A stretch of 63,598 nt of DNA, filler included. It is 8 parts of 8 records of this genome, joined end to end, with 100 filler letters (N's around TTAATTAATTAA, not from the genome) between each part and the next. Parts side by side here need not be neighbours in the genome. Positions count along the whole stretch, not along the records: positions 1 to 13,699 come from SRR7504441_2151; positions 13,800 to 16,860 come from SRR7504441_2157; positions 16,961 to 25,729 come from SRR7504441_2162; 5 more parts are not named here. The stretch is one strand, 5' to 3'. This document shows, in pieces, positions 11,804-22,900 of this stretch. The notes under the pieces are model-generated. The model did no database searches, was not told the DNA's origin, and worked only from the letters and a program-made list of their open reading frames with translations. Position 1 is the first letter of the stretch. Each line of letters starts with the position of its first letter. The translations under genes were made by a program, and so were the position numbers.

Positions 11804-13561
11804 TCAGTTGCCACAGCTGCTGCTACTACCTGACTCCGACCCCAGGCTGCTATAATGCGCCGAGGCGTCAGTATCCGGGGACGGAGCGGCCGCAAGAGCG
11901 TCGAGCGCGTCGGCAACCACTTGCGCTTGGTGCTGTGCTATAGCGTGCAGCGTCTCCTGCAGGCAGCCACGGAGCGCCTCACTGTTGGTCGATTGGAGCA
12001 TCTGGGCCAGCACCGGCACCGCCCCGGCCGCGTTCAAATTGCCGTTGAGCTCCGGATGCTGCGAGATGGCCTGCAGCGCCTGGGCGGCCGCCAATTGCCC
12101 GAGTTGATCCTCGGCCTGCACCATCGACAGAAACAGAGGCACTGCGCCTGCCGACACCACCGACCCGACCAACTCCGCGCTCTGGGCGAGCTCCCCCAGC
12201 GCGAAAGCGGCGACCTCCCTGAGCGCCTCTGGGTATCCGCTGAGCAGATGAACGAGCACTTGGACGGCGCCCGCTGAAGCGAGATCGGCCTGCAGGTTCT
12301 CTAGCATGGCAATGCTGGCCAGGATGTCCGCCGCCAGCTCCTGCAGCTCCGGAGGCCAGTTCTGGACCACGTCCAGAAGCAGCGCCAGCCCACCTTCGCT
12401 CACGATTGCCTGGGCGCCTACGTCATACCTCGACAGTGTCCGGATCGCACTCGCTGATACTAACTTGAGGTCTGGGTTGGGGCTCCGCATCAGCGCGAGC
12501 AGCATCGGCAGCGACCCGGCCGCCACCGCCTGGACGGCATGCGACGTGGTGTGCACCAGACTGCCGATAGCCTCTGCGGCAGCCTTCTGCACGGATTCGG
12601 TCCCTCTTCTAAGTAGGAACAAGAGCAGCCCCAGACCGCCCCCGGCCAGCACGAGCTCGGCGTTCGCCTCGGTTGTCTCAGCAATATTGCTCAGTCCGTT
12701 GGTGCACTTTTCGACCAGGTCGCAACTCGCTTCGCTGCTGCTCGCCTCGCCGTCAAGCCATTCCTCGACAACCGCCAACAGCCGCCCTATCGCGCCCGCC
12801 TGCACCGCCGGCTCTACTTGCGCCGCCATCTGGGTCACGCAGCTGATCGCGTACGCGGCCGCCACGCGGAGCCCCACGCTCCCAGACTCGATTGTGCCCA
12901 GCAGCTTGGGGAGCGCACCGGCCGCCACCACGGCCTCTGCGAGCTGCTCGTGGCTGGCGAGCGTCGAGAGTAAATCGATTGCGGCCTCCTGGAGCTGCAC
13001 ATCTCGCCCGGGCTCGGCCGGCTGGATCAGTTCCACCGCCGCCGCCACCGCCCCGGCATCGACAACCGCCTTGGCGTACTCGGGCCACTGAGATAGAATC
13101 CCCAACGTGTTTGCAACAACCTCCGCTAAGGTCTCGCGGGCCGAACCAGCCGGGGTCGCCTGGCAGCACTTGGTCCGGAGCGCCCCCCCGCCCCCCCGCC
13201 CAAGGAGCGGCACCAGCGCCTGGATAGCCCCGGCTTGGGCCACCATCGTCGGGTCGCTTCGGGCGACGTTCCCAAGCGCGTCAGCCGCCACCTCGCGAAG
13301 CCTGGAGTTGTCCTCCCGGAGCATCGAGACGAACCTGAGCACGGCCCGGGTGGTGTTGTCCCGGGCGCGCTCCTCGTCCCGCGCCAGCTGGTTTGGGGAG
13401 CGGGGCCGCTTGTGCGGTGAGTGCCCAACCGGCGGGCGGATCTCGGCTGGCTTGGCCGGCTGGGGGTCAGAGACCTCTTGCCAAGCCACGCCGTCGAACA
13501 CCACGTCCCACCCGCCGGCCGCCTGCGACGGGGCGCGCACCGGGGGCGGCTTACCCGCCAT
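11804..13561 (-). CDS. Armadillo-repeat protein (Vac8/importin-alpha-like repeats)
   Basis: About 10 repeats of ~41 aa of the form V..AGA(V/I)P.L..LL.S...LRE.AA.AL..LA. Confidence 0.85.
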   Translation of the reverse strand: MAGKPPPVRAPSQAAGGWDVVFDGVAWQEVSDPQPAKPAEIRPPVGHSPHKRPRSPNQLARDEERARDNTTRAVLRFVSMLREDNSRLREVAADALGNVARSDPTMVAQAGAIQALVPLLGRGGGGALRTKCCQATPAGSARETLAEVVANTLGILSQWPEYAKAVVDAGAVAAAVELIQPAEPGRDVQLQEAAIDLLSTLASHEQLAEAVVAAGALPKLLGTIESGSVGLRVAAAYAISCVTQMAAQVEPAVQAGAIGRLLAVVEEWLDGEASSSEASCDLVEKCTNGLSNIAETTEANAELVLAGGGLGLLLFLLRRGTESVQKAAAEAIGSLVHTTSHAVQAVAAGSLPMLLALMRSPNPDLKLVSASAIRTLSRYDVGAQAIVSEGGLALLLDVVQNWPPELQELAADILASIAMLENLQADLASAGAVQVLVHLLSGYPEALREVAAFALGELAQSAELVGSVVSAGAVPLFLSMVQAEDQLGQLAAAQALQAISQHPELNGNLNAAGAVPVLAQMLQSTNSEALRGCLQETLHAIAQHQAQVVADALDALAAAPSPDTDASAHYSSLGSESGSSSSCGN

Positions 13562-13670
13562 CGCGGGCGGTTGATGTGTGACACAAGAAACCGACCGGTG
13601 ATCCGTTGTTTGACGTTGGGTGGTCCCTTTTTAGATCGCAAATTTTCTGAGACAAACCAAGCACAGCACC

Positions 13671-13699
13671 ATGCGCGAGCTCGTCCACGTCCAAGGAGG
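13671..13699 (+). CDS. TUBB: Beta-tubulin, 5' fragment at contig end
   Basis: ATGCGCGAGCTCGTCCACGTCCAAGGAGG = MRELVHVQG(G), the canonical beta-tubulin N-terminus, in a CACCATG context. The contig breaks immediately after it. Confidence 0.85.
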
Positions 13700-13799
13700 N
13701 NNNNNNNNNNNNNNNNNNNNNNNNNNNNNNNNNNNNNNNNNNNTTAATTAATTAANNNNNNNNNNNNNNNNNNNNNNNNNNNNNNNNNNNNNNNNNNNN
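13700..13799. other. Artificial contig spacer (N44-TTAATTAATTAA-N44)
   Basis: Six-frame stop linker flanked by Ns; the same 100-nt spacer occurs seven times. Confidence 0.98.
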
Positions 13800-14388
13800 G
13801 ATAGATGCAGCGGTGGACACTGAGCCAAGCCCGGGAATAAGCCCTGCTGTCGAGGATGCAGCCTCACCCACTGCAGTGCGGCAGCTGCATTTCACAGAGG
13901 AAGTCGCTGATCAGAACACAGCAATCAAAGATGAGGCTGCTACGAGTGATAGTGCCCAGGCCAAATCAGATGCTGACAAGAAAGAAGAGCGGCTTCAGGC
14001 GATGAAAGAGAGGAAACGGAGAGCACGGGAAAAGCTGCTGGCTAAGACTAGCACCAATAAGAGGCTTTCCCTGGAAGAGGAGGCCGAGTACAGGAGTAGA
14101 AAAGGGCTTACCCCGTCCGAAAAGAGCAAATCAGTGCTCTCAGATCCGTCGGCTGGAATACAACCGCCCCCTGATGCGCGGTCGTGCCGTGACAATTCAT
14201 CAAACGACTCGTCCCCTCGAAGCTCCGGCAACCGATCGCCGCGGTTGCAGCCAACCTATGTAGATCATAAGACAGGAGAGACAGTGATGACTGGTGCTAC
14301 AGAGCTGCCACCTGCCGCCGGTGGTGCGGAGGGGGGCTCTGCCAAGATAAAGCTTTTCGACCCAAGCGCCTTCAGCGAGGAGTCATGA
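13800..14388 (+). CDS. 3' part of a hypothetical low-complexity/charged protein
   Basis: Frame is open from the contig edge to TGA at 14388 and is followed by an AT-rich intergenic region. Confidence 0.55.
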
Positions 14389-14725
14389 GTCGAACCAAAG
14401 TTTCAAGAATCTAAGCTGAATTGATCAATCAATCAAGGACTGCACGTGGTCAAGAAGTACAATCATAATAGTAAATATGCATGCTTCCAAGGATTGTGAG
14501 TATACCGGTATGCCTGAATAAATACAATGTGCATGGCATTCCAAGAGCTTTAGGTATTTACGTACATGCATTCATTTGAATACTCGTGACTGTATATTGA
14601 ACATGTCTGGCTAGGTCTCAAGTGCTATAGGGAACGTATTGTTAGAATTGAATAAGAATTGAGAGTACATGATTGTACGACAAGAGTAGAATCATGCCAG
14701 TTGCTTCAACAGGCTTCAAATGCTG

Positions 14726-16155
14726 CTACTTGTGGCAGTAGAACCTGGGCTGATCCTTGACTGGTTGGATAGTCCGAGAGAATTTTAGCAAAAGCTGCTC
14801 CATCGTCAACCCTGGCAAGTAGTTTGTTAGTCATGACTACTCGACGTCGAGTATTAGTAACACTGTCGTAACACGTACCTGGCTGCACAAGCTCGGCTAT
14901 ATAAGGCTGAATCTCTTCCCGAGTCCACTTGGCTCGAGCCTTGAACAGAGCCTCAAATCTGCGTCCTAGCTCTCACAGGCCCGACACGAGCACAGTCACC
15001 GGTCGGTCGGCTCAGATGGCAGGCTCGAAACTGGGAAGTGCTTGACTACGTTCTGACCGGCTGACTTGTCCAGCAGCACCTGGCCCTGGAGCGACTCGAG
15101 CGCTGGCTCGATCCCTAACGGAAGCTGGTTCCGCCACTGCTCCATGAACTCGACCTCAGGCATCTGCAACAGTCACAATCAGCAAGCCGCTGCAGTCAGC
15201 CAACCTCAGTCCCCCGTATCAGCATCAGTCCACGGTGCCGGCACACTTGGGCTGTTGGAATGGTTGCTAGCTTCTTCCCGTCCTGCTCCCGCTCGGTCCT
15301 GCCCGTCCGTCCCGCCGGCCCGGCCGCAGGCCCGACCCTCGCTTGCGCAGGCAGTGCCGCACGAGCGGCTCAGTGAAGCTTTTGTCAAACTCGGCGCACA
15401 TACGGACGCATTCATCCACCGGCAGCTGCCCCGGGTGAGACCAGGGCTAGCCCCCGGCTGGGCGCCTGGTCCAGCGCCCACCCGTGCTCGTCCGCCAACC
15501 CGAGGATCGAATCGAGCACAGCTCTGTCGTCCCACCGCCACCACTTACCTGAACCGAGCCTCGCATACGGCCGGCACAGGCCCGGCGCACCCTCCAAACA
15601 GATCGCCTCTGTCTGCTCCAGCGCTGCACTGAGCTCCGCCGTGGAGCAGAGCACCTGAGGCCGCGGGTTCCGGTGCATCACTCAACTAGCAGCACCTTCT
15701 CGGCGATCTGCTCCAGGCCGAGTCCTTCCGGCTGGCTCGCCTGGTCCGGCTGATACACCGGGAGCACCTACCGGCGGTGAGCGCCGCGGAGTATGAACGT
15801 CACCTCGCGCACAGCAGCCAGCTTGGGGACGAAGCGCTTGAGCTCATAATACCCGTGCAGACTGGCCTGTCCGGCGATTACCCAGGGCCGGCCTGCCGGA
15901 CATGACCGCCACTTGGAGCGTTTCGCCTCCGTGCGGTCCGATCAGCTGGGTGTTGGAGTACTCTAGGTGCCGGATCTCGAACGAGTGCTCCTCGGTGGTC
16001 AGCACCGCAAGCTCCTCCCGCGAGCCCGATCGGAGCCGTAGCGGCTGCCTGGCCTCGAGCGCGGACAGCACCTCCGCCGGGGCCTCGAACATCCGCAGCC
16101 GTCGCCCGCTAAACTCAGGCGCAAACTTGAGCCGCTTGGCCGGAGGGTCCGACAT
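14726..16155 (-). CDS. DCC1: Sister chromatid cohesion protein DCC1 (about 9 introns)
   Basis: Spliced model gives AVLTTEEHSFEIRHLEYSNTQL, YYELKRFVPKL, FMEQWRNQLP, LPSEPTDRFEALFKARAKWTREEIQPYI and GLTMEQLLLKFSR, all typical of DCC1. Includes GC-AG intron 15426-15465. Confidence 0.88.
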
Positions 16156-16860
16156 TCACGACGACGAGCTTCGGGTACCGGGTGCCGCCGGGCCTTGCGC
16201 TGTCGTTGTTGTTGTCTTGCTTGGTGATCAAAGCCGTTCTGTCATGATCAGCTGCCGCCCAAGAGGCTTGGTGTGGAACCAGGTTGCGTCGATGTTCTGA
16301 TGGCAATCATTCTTGAAGATCACGCCGTCCTGCTGGATCCCGGCACCGTTGCCGAGACCGGGCTTCGGATGGGGGCCTTGGTCGAACAACCACGGTGTGC
16401 TGTGCGTGAACGTGAGCTGCTGGGCAGTCCTTGGTGATACATTGCGGGATGGGCCCTTCGACAGCGCGCTCTACGCTACAGAGCGTGATCAGCTGCAGGC
16501 TGAGCGCACCGAGATTCGGCTTGAACCATTGTGTGCGTTGTTACCTTATGTGGCCATGGGTCAAGAGTAACGAAAGGGGTCGTGCTCTTTCGTTTGGCTT
16601 CGCCCACCGACCCCTTAGCTTAGGGCGATGCAGTAGGATCTGCGATTTCTGAGATTTTTTGTTTCTTCTGGATGCAAGTTACGTACGTAGAGTGTTTTAT
16701 TGAAGCTTACAAATTATACGATTCTCCGAATTTGTTTGCCGCTTTGCGCATTCCTGGCGCAGCCGGCTGCGCAGTAGCAGTTTCGCCGGCACTGAAAACT
16801 AATTGGTCGCCCTAAAGAGTGAAGACTAACGCCGGACTGCTGTTCCGACCACTATTGCGG

Positions 16861-16960
16861 NNNNNNNNNNNNNNNNNNNNNNNNNNNNNNNNNNNNNNNN
16901 NNNNTTAATTAATTAANNNNNNNNNNNNNNNNNNNNNNNNNNNNNNNNNNNNNNNNNNNN
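16861..16960. other. Artificial contig spacer
   Basis: N44-TTAATTAATTAA-N44. Confidence 0.98.
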
Positions 16961-19900
16961 GCAGCTGACAGCGAAACCTCGTTGCTAATGATCCAATTCA
17001 CTGCAGCGGGTGGTTCACAATGTCCGAGTGCCTGGATTGCTTTTAGGCACCAATCCCTTTTGGAATTGTAGTATGCCCCGTGCGCCTTAAGCTGCTCATG
17101 CACTGTGCTCACCAAATCCTGCTCTGGGTCCGGCAGCGGAGCCTCGTTGTCGCCCTTGAGAAGCCGCTGGAGTGCGGCTCGATGCGTACTGTCGGACAGC
17201 TGCATACTTGTGGCCCAGGCTTCCCATTTCTCCTTATTGTCCGCCAACCAGCTGCTAGCGTGTGGTAATCCAGAAAGCTCAATCAAAACACCCATCAACA
17301 CCTGGTCAGCCGTCAATCGGCGGCCATCTAATTAGGGGCACCTCAGCCTTCTGTTGGTTTGGCCTCATATTCCAACCTTTGGTATTTGATAACTCCACCC
17401 CCTTTTTCACAAGACCCTCCATTAGTACATTGGTCCATTTCTCGTCCAGAAGCACGGGAATAGCCTCACGAGCTGCCTGCTTCTTTCTGTCTGACTCTGA
17501 ATTTGAATAGGCTGGAGCAAGGTCGGCTATCATATCGTTGATCACCCTACTCACAGCAGCATCGCCACCAATGCACAACCCAGCCTGTACCAGCAAAACT
17601 TTCGAGCGTGCACCACCGTTGTTCTGCAATTCACGCACAACCCCATTCTGCTGCACGAGGTTTGATGACACTGGAGGCAAGGTATCGACAGGGTCTAGCA
17701 GTTCACATACAGTATCGCACAGCTCGGGCGCCTTGACAGCGAGACCACTGTGAGCGCCCAGCGGTTTGGTGCACTTCACACCGTCAGGATCTGCTTCATT
17801 GATGGCTGTGTAATCGTCATATGCAAGAGGGTTTGTGGTGAGTAAGGCATTGAGGATCCGGGCTGGTGCTTCCTGATCGCGTGCTAATTGCCGGATCTCG
17901 GGCATCTGAAGCAGTTTGCAAAGAGCAGCAGAGTAGACATCAAGCTGGTCATTGGGTGGAGTACGGCTGCATGTGGGGAGCATTGCTATGATTGTGCGAT
18001 AGACAGCGAGTGCCTGACCAACACAGTGAGTGGCGCACCCTGGCCAAGGACAGGAGAATCATCTACAAGTATATTAAATACAAGGGGCCTGACCTGATCT
18101 GACCCGCCTGATGCAACACGATGCAGCAGGCGCAGTATCGACTGCCTTGTGCTTGTGCGAGGACAAGATAGTAACACAGAAGAAATTCCTTCTGCCTGTT
18201 CTTCGAGGAATCGCATGATTTCGTCTTGACTGCACTTTGCAATCAAAGCACCAAGCATTTGACCCCATTGCCATAGAAGTTCATCCAGCACTTCATCGTC
18301 CTCAGGCTCGAGCGGTTTTGCATAAGACTGGCTGGTCACAGCGGAGGATGAATACGAGGGGTATGTAGAAGAGCTGTAGCTGCTGCCATAGCCAGTCCCG
18401 TAGCTGCTATATGACGCAGTGTTACCGTAGCCTGAGTAGCTGGACCAGGCAGTGTCCTTCTTTTTGCCCAAGCGAACAATCACACTAAAGAAGAACGGAA
18501 GAACCATTTGCAGCATTGGCTGGTGCAGTCCTGGCTGAGCTTTATGCATTGCAACCGCCATCAACTCCAGCAGCAGCTGCAAGTGAGGCAGGTTGCACAC
18601 TAGGGCCCTGGCTGTTGCTTCCTCGTTCTCAGATATCAGGTTGCCCCAGGAGGCCTTGACATCGGCACTCATCTCCATTGATACGTCTGTCACTATTTCG
18701 ACATCTTCTCTGTCATATATCAACATGTATGCGGTCCGCCAGCCTGCAGAAGACCTAAAGGTGGTGACACCCTTGGTGTTGGTGTACCGCTCCTTTTGCT
18801 CTCCTCCAAAGCAGTCAGCCTCCATCTGCTCGTCTGGATCCCAGGGCGAGACTGAGCTGTCATTGAATTCGTTCCATTCTCCTGTTGCTCGGTCTCGTAT
18901 GAAGGAATAGTAGTGTCCTGCCATAGCTGAACCAGATTGGATCACAATACCACTCAGACGGTACTTAGCCCTTTCGCCCTTCTCAACAGCCTCAGGTGAG
19001 AGGTACGGTGTCAGTTCCAGTTCGTGGGCAAACTCAAACTTGTCGTTGATCTTCTCACACGTGAAGGGATTGAACCTGTTGAGCATGAACACCAGTGTTG
19101 GGGGTGCCTGTGTGATCAGCATAGTGCGTGTTGATGTGAGTGATGGTGCTTTCTTGTCTTCAGTCTGGTCAGCTAGAGTGTCCCAAGTGATGCCATCCAT
19201 TGTTTCTGGCCGTCCAAGCTTGAGCGCAAGTGCCTTATCAAGTGAACCGACAAGTTGACCCATGTCATCAAGCAGAGATATTTGAAGCATCATCCCGACC
19301 ATGTCCCCAGGACCTCCCATTCGGGTCACAGGCTGGTCATTGAAAGTCGATTCCCAGCGCCACTGAGTCTTGAGGTATGTCTGCTGCTCAAAAAGCTTAA
19401 AGCCATCATCGGTACCTTTGAAAGCCTCTTCAAGTCTCTCAATGAGCTTGGAATAGAATTCACTGGCATCTTGCTGGGAACGAACATCAAATGGGAATAG
19501 GTCATCCTTGCCTGCCTGATCCACAAAGCTTCTGGGGTTGTATGACGTGCTCACACCATATTTGAGGCTCGCAAGCACTTTCTGGAATTCTTTAAACAGG
19601 GCAATGCGCGAGAGTTGGTGCGTTGACTCTGAGAGTTTGGCTTCAGCTTTGGCCAGCTCCTCCTTCGACGCTGGATCTGCCGCCTTCTTCAAATCTGCCA
19701 CTGTGGTCTTCAGAGTTGCTATGTCTGGCTCCTCTGGGACTGAGGCTGACAAGATTGATTCGCGTATGGTTGGGTGCATAAATATCTGTTGCAGCGTAGA
19801 ATTCTGATAACACGTGTTACCTTGATTGTTGAGACCACTGTATCCTCCCTTTGCAGACCGCAATGATGAAGCTGAATCAGGATTTATGAACCAGTATGTG

Positions 19901-22900
19901 CGTGAGAGCTCCGAGTCTTCATTACATGATTCGATGGTTGGCCTGTGTAACTCAATCATCCTCTTTACAAGATCCTCAAATCCAGCTGGAGTTCGTGCCA
20001 CTTGGAGCAGGGCATCCACTGTGGCAGCGCGAGCATCATCGTTCTCAGGAGCACTCTTGTAGAGTTGATCCCAGATGAAGGTTGTCAGGTCAAGCTCGTC
20101 AAGCACTTGTGTTGACACCTTGCATGCCAATGAACCCAGGAGCCGAAGCCATTTGACAGAGGGCTGCTCTCCCCTTGCCTGCATCTCAGCAAATGATTGC
20201 TTCAGAAGAGCTGCCATGCTCTCAGCATGCTGCTTCTCGAGCTGCTGAGCTTGGGATGCAACATCTAAGAGTAAATCCAAGGCATATTGACAGTTTTCTG
20301 CTTCACCTTTGCTGATAGCCTCCTGCATTGCTGTGGTGGTCAAATCGAGTACAGCAGATGCAATCTCTGTGCCCTTGAGGTGGGATGACATTGCCATGAG
20401 CATGCCAGCTGTAGCTTCACACGTTGTGGAGCTGCCACATACCAACAGACTTTGGATCAACTCCGTACCTGCATCACTGAGCAACGTGTCAGAGAGCTCA
20501 CTACTTGTTGATACAACAGAATTCAAAGCGCGAACTATATGTGTACGCTGCTGTACATAGGCTTTGCATTGCAACAACTTCACCAGAACTGCCAGCAAGG
20601 TCTTTTGGTCAACTTTCTTGACATTCTCTTGTGATGCTGTTGAGAAAGCGCGCTGTAGCCCGACATTTGTTGGCACAGCAGAGTCACTGCCATCACTGGA
20701 GGGCATGTTAGCACCCTCTATACAGTATTCCAACACTTGAAGAATTGGGGCCAGTCCAAGTTGTACTAAATAGACTTCATCGTCACCGTTGCAAGCGGCA
20801 AGCTCGGCCAGAAGCTGGTAGACTGCAGAGAACCCACCCGCCTGCAGGAAGGCTCGCCGCCAGAGCAGACCTGCCTCTGCTAGCCCTGGTTCGTCTGCCA
20901 CCTTCAACACAGATATCAGCAACTCGTCAGTTCATTCAGCAATTCATGCAATTGTCGTTACACACTAGTTTAGCAGCCAGGATGGTGATTGCTCCTGACC
21001 TGTGCTGGGCGCAGCTTGGAGTTGATCGACTGGACATTGTATACAGCCTGCCAGGCGGCTGGTGAATGGACATCACCCGAAGTGCTCAGGTCGCTGGCCC
21101 AATCGCGCTCAGCAGGGCAATCCAACGCCTCTGCAGCAGCTGCGGATCGAGGTAGCAGCTCCAGCAGCTGCCATGCACTCTGCATTACCGCACGCTGGAC
21201 ATCGTTGGAAGCAGCCTGGCGGGAAGAGGTGGACACCAAGTCGAAGAGGATTGAGTGATACTTTGAACTCTCAGTCATGGCATCACCAATAGACGGGAGA
21301 GGCACTGAGCTGCGATGCACATGTATTGCAGGGAAAATACGCACCACAGCTCTGTTGTTCACACGGTCAAATCCGGCTTGCTGAAGAGATGCGGAGTTTA
21401 TCACAGGTTGACCAGAAAAGGCGTCCTCTGGACCTTGGCGACGCATTTGGCACTCCATCTTGTCCATATGCGGTACAGAGTGGGCCTCTTTTGCCCTTGC
21501 TTTGAGGTTAGCCACAGTTGCAGTGGTGTGGGTGCTGATGCTCACTGCAGGAAGCTTTTTCCAATCACCTTTACCATGATGATCAACTTGCCACAACAAC
21601 GCCTTCACCTCCATCGTCAGTTGCTCTCCACGACTTGAGTATCTTTGCCCTGAGAACTTCTGCTCATCACATGTTGCATTGACTGCTTCTAGAAGCACAT
21701 TCATCAGCCTTACAGTTACCTGAGCTCGGTCTCCTTCTGTGACCAACTCTGCAGATGGCTTGCGGATCAGCTCACCATCGCCTGAGTTAAGGTACAGTAC
21801 CATCTCATTGTAATGGGATTTGAGCAGGGTGCTGGCCTTCTCATCCAAGGCTTGACAGACCACTGATGGGCTGGCAGATAAGTCTACATCTGTTTCAGCT
21901 GAGTACTGCTTTAGAAATTCAACCCACTGAGAAGTTGTGTGCCACACCATTGAGGTGTCTCCACTTGTCAGTGTGCAGCGCGTGCCAAACCTCATGCTGC
22001 CAGCATCGCTCTCATCCACAACAGACTGAACAGCCACAGCTGTGATTTCTGCTTCCTGTGTAGTTGAGCTGTCTGGTTGCAGAGTATCAAATATTGCGTC
22101 CAAGAGGGCAGTGTGAGTGTGGTCCACAGATAACGTTAATGAGAAATAGAGCTTGAGCAGCAGTGAGCGTGCTGATTCTGAGATTATCTCGTTGCCATGC
22201 AGCACCATACCCCACAGGGATTTAACCCCGACCAGAGAATCCAAAGATGTCACACACCCACCAAGCTCCTTCGTGATTGCTGCAGCGCGGGTCGAATTTC
22301 TTGGATTGCTATCGAGAGCACTTGCATTCACCTTGAGAAAAAGTTGCTTGAAGCCTTGAAACCCTTGTTCAGTAATCAGCTGAGACGGTTTTGCTGCTTC
22401 GTTGAACAGCATTGTGGTGAGTTCCTGCGAATGAGAGTGCTCGTCGAGCTTGAGTTGGGCAAACCACTCGAGAATCATCTCCAGATGATTCACCATTGCA
22501 AATGAGGCAAGCAGCACTTCCATGTCTGTGAGAAGGAGCAGCTCAAACATGTTGCCATTGTTAATCAACAGCTTGATCAAGTGGAGCCTTGGTCCGAGCC
22601 GGGATGCAATGTGCTCAGGTTTGTCAATCCTGGTGGCCACGAAGTTCATTTCGCGCATCAGCATTGACACCACCTGCTTATCTTCATCCATTGCTTGGGT
22701 TGTCACTTCAAGCATCTCGTTCAGCTCTCGCTCATTGTTCAAGACTCGAGTCAGCATCTTGTGCAGCAATCCAGCAGATGCACGTGATGCAGCAAATGAC
22801 TGCTCCAGCTGCTCTGGGGCACTGGTAAGCACTGCACCAATCTTGGCAATACACTGCTGCACAAGCACAATGCGCAGCGGCGGACCCTCTGCCTCATCCA

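Noticed and set aside
13744-13755. Recurrent TTAATTAATTAA motif as a biological repeat or PiggyBac-type site
   Set aside because: It is always centred in identical 100-nt N spacers and is a standard six-frame-stop contig linker. Gene adjacency across spacers is therefore meaningless.
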